From Camelus ferus (taxonomy: Eukaryota): DNA of 64,000 nucleotides. Shown here piece by piece: positions 55,210 to 64,000 of this stretch. The DNA is taken from the NCBI RefSeq assembly GCF_009834535.1, contig NC_045696.1:29452001-29516000 (forward strand). Direction: 5' to 3'. Position 1 is the first letter of the stretch, and each line of letters starts with the position of its first letter. A model generated the notes under the pieces. That model saw nothing but the letters and a program-made list of their open reading frames with translations, was not told where the DNA came from and made no database searches. The position numbers and the translations under genes were made by a program.

Positions 55210-55989
55210 AAAAAAGAAGCTCATATATTAATATTCTAATAAATAAAAACTAATAAGCTAGGATGTAATTCAAAATGATTTACTGTCGAGCTGCTTTAAA
55301 TGGTAAACTCTGCTAAGAAATACTGCAATTTACATTTAACTTTTCAGGACCATAGTCATCAAAATAAAAATAACACCCAAACAAATATGTCTATAGCAGC
55401 TTCATGAAAATTAAAGTGCCTGCAAAAATTTTTCTTAATTCTAGTATTTCAGTCTAAATAACATTTTTTTTATGATGTTGCCTGCTATGTGACAGGAAAG
55501 GGAACAAGATTTCTCACTTTGTAGACCTTTATTTATTTTATGGTGCCCTAAAGTGATATAGGAACTTCTCTCTGCTGCACCATGGGGTCCCACCTAGGTC
55601 TGCAGCCTGGTTCACATCAGCCCATGGTCAGCTCATGACATAGCTCGTTCCATCATTCACCCAACCAGCAAAATGACATCCCTCCAGAATTGTAGTCAGA
55701 GTACGTTCTTTACTGATAATGAATGTACTGCCCATCTGGGGAAAATTATACGTCCAAGGACCAGCGGGATTTCAACTAGCGGGGAATTTTGGAGAGACTA
55801 GAAATGTCACAAGGCAGCAAAAGTATAATAGCCCACAAACAGGACCCAGGCTTCCTACAAGCAAAACACTTCCATGTCTGTCTGACCACAGATCCCCAAG
55901 CACGCTCCGGGATTAATAAGCAGTTCCTTTATCCTTTTTGGGTGGAGACTGTTACATCAGTGCCATCACGATGATCAGAGTAGAGGCAG

Positions 55990-56210
55990 CAAAAAACGCT
56001 TAACGTCGACTTACTACGTGCCAGCCACTATTCGAAGCACTGCATGTGAATTAATTCTTTCCATTCGTAACAGCCCTGAAGGAGGTACTATTACTGTCCC
56101 GATCTTATAGGTAAGGAAGCTGAGGCACAGAGAGTTCTCAAGTAGTGGGGCCTCTGAACCCAGACAGTCTGATTTCAGTGCCCTGACTCTTGATCACCAC
56201 TCTACCGTAT
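55990..56210 (-). mobile_element. MIR SINE
   Basis: cttactacgtgccagcc...taacagccctgaaggaggtactattactgtccc...taggtaaggaagctgaggcacagagag. Confidence 0.8.
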
Positions 56211-56269
56211 TGTTCAGAAGCAGACACCATGGAAATACAGTGCAAAGAATGACCACACTCTCATAGGAG

Positions 56270-57110
56270 GACAGAGATTCCGAGATAGCAGAATGATGTG
56301 CAAATGCCCTGGAGTGAGGAGAGACACGGTGAGGAGTTTGGTTTGGCCATAAAATAGGGCTTCTGGTGAGAAGAGGTGGGGCAGGCAGGATGAAGTCAGA
56401 CTAGGATAGGCCTCATAAGCTTCAGATCTTGAGCTATTTTTAAGTACTGGGGTGCAAAGCTCATTTTTTAAAAATTAATATATCTCTGGCAGAAGATGAA
56501 AAAGATATTGGATACTGGAAATAGTTGAATGGTAGGAAAGCTGACATGGAATTCAAAGCATAAGATAAGAGATGACCAGATGCAGGGGGAATGGAGAAAA
56601 TGATCGATTCAAACAGCATTTCTGAGGTGGAGATAACAGGATTTGATGACCGCCTGCTGCATGGAGGTAGTGAAGGGAAGGGAAGCCTGGAAGCAGTTTT
56701 GAGGTTTCGAGCTCAGGAGACTGAATGGTGATGCCATGAAGTGTGCTGGGGAAAATGGGGGCAGAGGAAGATAGAGTTCATTTGGAGGCACGCTAAGTTT
56801 AAGACTTGAAGAATATGAAGGCATCTGCAAACTTAAAGGAACATTGATAAAAATACAGTAGTGAAATTCAGGAGAGAAACAGGGGTGAAGAGCAAGACTC
56901 ATTTGTTAAGGCCTCAATAAGCAACGGTAGTTACTGGCCACGGGAGGAAAAAGGACCCCTGGCAGTGTCCCAGGAACTGCAGGCAGAAAGAAGATTGATT
57001 AGACAAGACAGAGCATCACTGGGTAGCAAGTAAGAGGGACATGAGAAGAAAACACAGAAGGCTAAGAAGAGCTTTAAGGAGAGTGGTCAGTGCAAAATGC
57101 TACCCTTTAG
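56270..57110 (-). mobile_element. L2 remnant
   Basis: gtgcaaatgccctggagtgagg...ataacaggatttgatgaccg...gaatggtgatgcca...agttcatttggag...ttcaggagagaa. Confidence 0.6.
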
Positions 57111-57374
57111 GTATAGGAACAAGAGAGTGTAGAGCTGTGCTTTTTCAATCTATAACATGCTCCAGAGGGAGCACATAGATTCCAAGAAGGCTTATTAAAA
57201 ATGTTCATCCTCTAAGGATTCTGACTCATTACCTTTGGGGTGAGTCCAGATGGAAATCTACATTTTCACCAGCCTCCCTGTAGTATTTTGAAAGTCAGTG
57301 GGCTGAAGACCACACCTTAAAGACTAACAGCATGGAGATTTGAAAGTTCTTTACATCTGAGTCAAGAGTGTGAT

Positions 57375-57590
57375 GCCTATGAACACAGGTTTCCAAGTCA
57401 GCAAGACTTGGGCTTCCATCCCAGTGGGGACATTTATGAGTGATGTGAATTTAGGCAACTGAGTCTCTCCAGGGCTCAGTTTCCTCATCTGTAAAATAGG
57501 ATAAGCTTCGTAAAAGCTCTTTTAAGATTCAAACGAGGTAAGTAAGGCACTTGGCACAGGGTCTGGCAGCTAAAGCTTTCAACGTACGGC
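57375..57590 (+). mobile_element. MIR SINE
   Basis: gacttgggcttccatcccag...tgtgaatttaggcaa...gctcagtttcctcatctgtaaaatagg...gtaaggcacttggcacaggg. Confidence 0.8.
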
Positions 57591-58949
57591 AGTTTTCACG
57601 TCATACACTCTTTAATGGTGATGCTCAGGAAAGAATGATGTAAAGGGCAAGAGGGGAGAGTTATTAAGCTAGCATTTCTAGCTCCCATCTTTCTGAGGAG
57701 GGAAATGATCAGCTCGACTCTGCAGCAGGTATACCAGCAACCACGATGAACGCAAGACAGCTACTTGGCCCCTGTTCTCTAGGTTTCATGGTACTCCATT
57801 CCTTTCCTTACTCCACTGATGCATTTTCACATAATTAATAATACAATAATACTCCATATTCACATAATTAATAATACAAGCACATTTCCCTAAGCCAAGT
57901 ATTAACATTCTTTGAATTATCTATTATTTTAGATCTTAAAAGGCAGAATTAAATGTGAAAGTAATTTTGCTACAAGGCATCCAAACTGATAGGATAAATC
58001 AGGTTGCTATGTTGGGAACCCCCTCACCACACTCTTCCTTCATTATTCCTACTACATGTTCATCCTGCAACCTCTGAACTAGCTCTCAGGGGTTACTTAC
58101 AGTTATACACACACATGCTATACACTATTTACTATATATACTCATGTATATGTTATATGTTGTATATATTCTGCTATAAATCATACATATTTTTATAACA
58201 CACATATAGTACACAGTTGATTATATTCCACCCACAATTAACACTTTGGACAACCTTCTAAAACTGTAATTCTGTTCTGGCTGAAATACTACCGGCACTT
58301 GAAGACTTCCTCATCGTCTTAATTTCTTTCCAGCCTTCTTGAACACGTGACGCAGGTCACAGTTTCTGTTGCTTGCCATCTTTTCTAACTGCCTCAGGTA
58401 GACTGATGAGGTGAAAACATAAATCCTTCTTCAGTGTATAGCTGAGCTTCTCTCTTAGTACCCCTCCTCGGAAGCCTAGTTTTGGTCAGTACAGAATTGA
58501 ATGGTGAATTTGACCAAAACTACAGGAAACAGAATTAACCCATCTCATAATCTGATTAAAAGTTAAGTACTTGTTCCCCGGAAACACACACACAGAGGAA
58601 GCCTCAAGGATTCATGGATTCCATTCAAAAACTGATCCAATGTGAAATTACATTATTGTCACTTATTTCTAACTTTCTAGCATGAAAATTCACATCCTTA
58701 CAACCTATAGCATAAATAAGGACTGAAGAGTAGCAAAATTACAAGTAAATGAGGTAACACCCTGCAAACTATGTGTAAGTGCAAGACACAATATGTGGCT
58801 CAATAAATACTGGCCACTACTGTTACAGTATTATATTTTCTTTTACTGTTATTTCTATTGTATAAGTAAAGTACTGACAGACACGTTATTTTTAAAAATC
58901 ACAATTAGATGTACAGAAACAATATCTGAAATCTTACCGGATAGCCACT

Positions 58950-59308
58950 TGTTATGACCTGAGTGTTCGTGACCCCCAAAATTCGTACGTTGAAATCCTA
59001 ATCCTCACTGTGATGGTATTAGGAGGTGAGGGCTGTGGAAGGTGTTTAGGTCATGAGGGTAGAGCCTGTAGTAATGGGACTAACGTTCTTATAAAAAAGG
59101 CTCCACCGAGCTCCCTTTCTCCTTCCACCACAAGAGGCTACAACTAGAAGTCTATGACTCAGTTGAGTGAGTATGACCACCACTCAACCTTGCTGGTACT
59201 CTGATCTCAGACTCCCAGCCTCCAGAAATTGACGGAAATAAATTTCTATTGTTTATAAGCTACCTGGTCTTTGGCATTTCATCACAGCAGCCCAAGCAAA
59301 ATAAGACA
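58950..59308 (+). mobile_element. MaLR solo LTR (MLT1A/MST-like)
   Basis: tgttatgacctgagtgtt...cccccaaaattcgtacgttgaaatcctaa...gtgatggtattaggaggtg...cagcctccagaa...aataaatttctattgtttataagctacc...gcagcccaagcaaaataagaca. Confidence 0.88.
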
Positions 59309-62005
59309 CCCTTGTTTCCCTTTAGGTAAATATTTTATTTATTTTCACTTGTAGATACAGCAATAGCTACATATCTGTATCTCTGTCTCTAGTCATATCT
59401 GTATTTCTATATACATATCCATCCAACCATCTATCTAGCCATCATGTTACCTACCCAACTCTCTACCTACTTACCTAAATTTGTTTTTGAAAAAAGGTAG
59501 ATTTATATTCTATGCTATTTTGAATTTTAATATGAGCATTTTCTATGTTAATAAGTGTATAGCACCAGGATGGTATTCCATTGTGTGCACAGAAAGCAAT
59601 TTTATTTAACTATTTTCCTCATAGTAGTCATTTTGGCTTTTTATAATATTTTAGTGTTATAAAAATGAGCAGCCTTATAAATGCATCTCTGTATATCATC
59701 TGATATTTCCCTAACATAAACTGAATAAGTAAAATAGCTGTTCAAAGGTAAACAGCCACCAAGATTCTAAGAGAAAACCTTTCCCAAGTTTTGAACATTC
59801 TATTTATTTGAAGACACAAGCATAAGATGGCAAGTTGTTGCCTGAAAATCATGTTTAACACACACACAAATTATATTCCTTAATGTATATGTTTAAGTTT
59901 CTACTTTAAAAGTATTTTTTATTATTTAAATTAAAGATTTCACTTTAGTGCCTTCCAACATACACTGACCTTAAATATTCATTTATCTTTTCAATAACAT
60001 CTAAAAATTATTAACTACTATGAAGAAAACTTATTCCATGGAAAAAAAACAGGGGAAAGATGCAAGTGGGAAGAATGTTTGGTATCATAACCCAATTTGG
60101 GATTTTGCATGTCACTAAAGAACAATTCCAATAAGCATACTCACAATATGGGGCATGAAATTAAACTTCTGAGTTAGAAAAAACTATTTAAAAATATGAT
60201 ATAAAGATCCTATACTATTAGAGAATAATTTATTAATCTCTATTAGAGACTAATTTAGAGTTTCTGAAAATCTCCTGTAGAGGCTTCTGTTTATACTGAA
60301 AGATATAGAAAGCTGCATACAACAAAGAAACAGAAAAATTATACTAGTGATTGCAGACAGAACATTCTACAGAGTGGCTTTTGAATGTTACCTCTGCTGT
60401 AAACGATTTGACAAGGGGCAAATTAAGTTTAATGTAGACCAACACAACATTAAATTTCATATTTGGTTCAAAACTATAAACACAAGCATAAAATAAATGG
60501 AAGCAAATCACAGAAAGACTTCCAAAGTGACCTTGGAATAACAGCGAACCATTCTGAGACTGAACAGAGAAAACTGGAAAATGCCTGTTAGAATCTTCCA
60601 CCAGCTCACAGCTCACAAACCTAATGAAGAAAAATACTATCATTAAAAGAAGTTAAGAATGTTCGTCTCAGCCGTGCTCTATGAATGACTTAGGAAATGT
60701 GGCAGCACTTCAGACAGCACAGTGAAGTATGGCCACCAAATAAGCTTATAAGTAAGGGCTGCTGTATAAAGATGGATAAGAAATCTAAATTTATTCAGGT
60801 AATGGCAAAGGAGGTAATTGATCTGTTTTAGTACAGATAACTTGATGGAACAAGAAACACATGATCTGAATCAGCATTTTAATTTCACTAAATTAAAAAA
60901 TACGTGTGTACGTATATTTCTCAATTATATATAAATATATGTTATGTTTACATGCATACATAATATATGTATATATTCCCCAATGAAAGCAACAGGCATT
61001 TATAACCTGGGTTTCCTGCACTCGTACTGATTCCTGACACGTTATGCAAAATACGTATGTATGTTCATGTGTGCATTTTTCTGAGGGGAGAAAGGTTTTC
61101 TTCAGACTCTCCAGGCTTCTGAGTCTTAAAAAGGGTAAGAACTACTCACTGTATTAAAATGTTAGGACCCAGAAGAATGGAACACAAGTAAGGATTTTTA
61201 AGCTATATAAAAAAGAGGGGGAAAAAAAAGTAGAAGCCTAAATTGAAGAACGCATTTTAAAAATCTTTGGCTGGTTTATTCAATAGATAAGAGGCTTAGA
61301 AAAGTCACATTTAAACTAATTCTAGCGCAGAGAGGCAATGAGTGTGACTTCTAAGAACAAAACTTCCAAGTCCAAAGTATGCATTACAAGGAACCTGGCA
61401 CTAACCATCAAAGCCTGATCTTTCTGCTTATTAAATTATGATTATGATCACTAATGTAATACATACGATGTTATCCATTCCAAAATGAAGGGAGGATGGT
61501 ACTTTTTTGAGCTGTCACTAGAGACGTTTTGTAAGAAAATTCACAGTTCATGCCATGATTCATTGCATTCAATATAGTAACAGAAGTGGGTGCTTCCAGA
61601 AATGAGAAGGCTGAAAGCTTTGGCTAAACAGCTTTAAAGCAAAAACAGGGAAGCAAGTGACTAACATTGCTACAGTTAATTAAAGATTCTAGAAAATTCT
61701 ACTAAGTTCCTTCTCTTCCTTTCCACTTCCTCTGTAAACAGCACCATTCACGTCTGGTTAATTGTGAAAAACCTCTAAGCGCAAAATTCCTATTGGGATT
61801 TCTTTTCCTGTAATTAATTTTTTGCTGTTTGATGTAAAGGTCCAAACTATAAATTGACAAGAAGCCAGCTGGTACAGTGATGAAATTCGAGACAATACAA
61901 CTAATGAAAAAAGCCCCAGCTCTGTTAGCTGAACATTTTGATTAGCCGGTTTCTGTGTTTTGCTTCTCTAAACTGTAATGCATACTAATTTTACCTAGGA
62001 ATTAA

Positions 62006-62847
62006 TTAGCGTCTATCACAGCCTCCATGCTGTGGATGTTATATAACTCTGTGTTGATACCGAGCTATGTATATATGAGAATAAGGGACAGTTTTAATGA
62101 GAATAAAAAAAAAAAAAACAAAAAAAAACTTTAGCTCCTACTCCTCTTAACTGTACTGAAAACTAACTCTTAAAAGGAAGTATCTATTTTAAAATCAAAT
62201 GCTTTGGTCTTTCTCCAGACCATCAGTGGGTACCCAAGTCACCAAAGGGTGGGTACAGCATGAAATATTCTTCTAAACCAGGAGCTGTGATTTCCCTTTT
62301 TTGAAAAGGAAATCTGCTCTCCACTCCTCCGCCCTGCCTTTGACAGTGATCACGACGGCTCTGGGCAGGGGCTACACCTAATGTTTTTTCTTCATTCTCC
62401 ACAGCATGTTCCTGTGCGTGTTCCCTGCAACAGGGACTCCTGAAATATTTGGTAAGGTTGGATGTATCTCTCTGCAATTGGTAACGGTCTACACCATCGC
62501 TATTGAGGCACAGAGGCAAACTGTAACAATGTGACCCAGAAGAGGATACTAAGGGTGGCATGCCAGCTGCGGCAAGACGAACAGAAGTCAGCAGTGCGCC
62601 TGGGATTTAGCGTTCAAGTTTATCAGAGCCTCCATGCTGTGGATTTTGGGTAATTCTTCGTTGATATCAAGTGTATCTATTTATGGACTTAAAATACACA
62701 TATAAATGTATATAAATACACATGTGTATGTATATATAGTACAGTCTTAATGAAAATATTAAAAAAAAAAAAAACAGCCAAACAAACTTTAATGCCCATT
62801 CCTCTTAACTGTACTGGACTATTTTCAAATCAAACCCTATGGTCTCT
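62006..62847 (+). repeat. Diverged local direct duplication (~210 and ~240 bp copies)
   Basis: Shared blocks agcctccatgctgtggat (62020 and 62627), an A-run, tcctcttaactgtactg (62142 and 62800) and ctatttt.aaatcaaa, in the same order. Confidence 0.85.
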
Positions 62848-64000
62848 GGGTCTCTGGGTTCTCCATGGAGCCTCCCTCCTGCACACCCTTCATTTATAAG
62901 GTGCAAGTTAGCGATTATATTCTGAACCCCATGACTCCCTAGATTGGTCATTCGCTTAACTAGAACACAAGATTACAATTTTAAAACTACTGAAGTGGAT
63001 CCTGTGTATCGGATAACAGACTCAGTGTACATCAGTGTGGCCCCTGTCCTCACAGAGTTTACAATCTAATAAGGGAGAAAGACAGAACTAAACAACTATA
63101 AAAATGCATGTTTCCTTAAAGAGGTGGAGAAGGCTCCAAAAAGGCTTAGGGGATCGGTAAGTGTTAAAACCACAAAACATCATAGGGGAGGAAATGAGAA
63201 AACAGTAGCAAATCTTTCCAAAGAACAGATGTAAAGGCCCTGAGACGACAGCACAGCAAGTTGGAGAGGACAGGCCTGAAATTACGTCAATATACATGGA
63301 AGGTGGGGGGGTCAGTCTTAGGCACTCAGTCTTGGAATTCCAGACTTTCCCTCGGTATTAAAAAAAAAAAACAACATCTTTTCCTACTAGGCATGGATAT
63401 GGCTTTTAGAAACACAGGGTAGCTGATGCCACGGGAGTGGATGAAATTGACTGGGAAGAACATTCAGGTAACAGTGGCAGACAAGAGAGCGTGACAAAGC
63501 CCAAGGGACATCCACATGTGTGGCTAGGGTGGAGAAGAGGAGCCTGGAAAAGTTCGCAGAGGGAGGGCCAGGGAGAGAAGAAAACCATGGCGGGTGGGAG
63601 ACGGGGAGACTGACCCCTGAGGAGTGCTTCCAAGGGGAAACAGTACTCACCAGGAATAAGTGCGAGCAGGCTGAAGGAACATCTGAAGGCCTGTAATAGA
63701 CTGAGTAACAAGAGAGGACACTGATGAATGGAAAGAGAGCGATGGCAGTGAAGTCTGAGGCTAAAACCGAAGAACTGAAAACTGTACCATGAGAAATAAG
63801 TGCTTTATTTTTTGTTTGTTTATTCTAGGATATTCTGATGGGTAGTATTTAACTAAACACCTGGGAGACAATGGTTAATCTTAGCTGTATGTAAGCTTTG
63901 TATTTGCAAATTTTAAATTCTGAGGTGTTTTATGGTGTATGTGTCTGTGCGTGTGTATATATGTATTTCCTATCTTAAGACACTAAAAAAAAGGGACTAG

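Overview
AT-rich, repeat-laden mammalian genomic DNA. It is most likely camelid (camel/alpaca/llama lineage), judged from the tRNA-derived SINEs and the L1 3' ends. The only protein-coding content I can support is the 3' end of GBE1 (glycogen branching enzyme) on the minus strand. Four exons at 53418-53234, 51626-51496, 31798-31681 and 24821-24765 (human exons 13-16 by recalled numbering) join into one open frame ending ...QNVDLPN*, followed by a ~750-nt 3'UTR. The most distinctive element is the 19.7-kb intron between exons 14 and 15. It is a minor-spliceosome (U12-type) AT-AC intron: ATATCCTTT donor, TTCCTTAAG branch site, AC acceptor. Positions 1-24000 are intergenic DNA downstream of GBE1. 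The area around and downstream of the 3' end carries co-oriented CTCF-like motifs and NRF2/NF-E2-type AREs. Several well-delimited TE insertions are visible: solo LTRs with TSDs, nested insertions, and an L1 3' end carrying an apparent 3' transduction. None of the supplied ORFs corresponds to a real GBE1 exon frame, and I regard them as spurious. I see no convincing evidence of a wholly new biological system. Repeat subfamily names are from memory and need RepeatMasker/Dfam confirmation.
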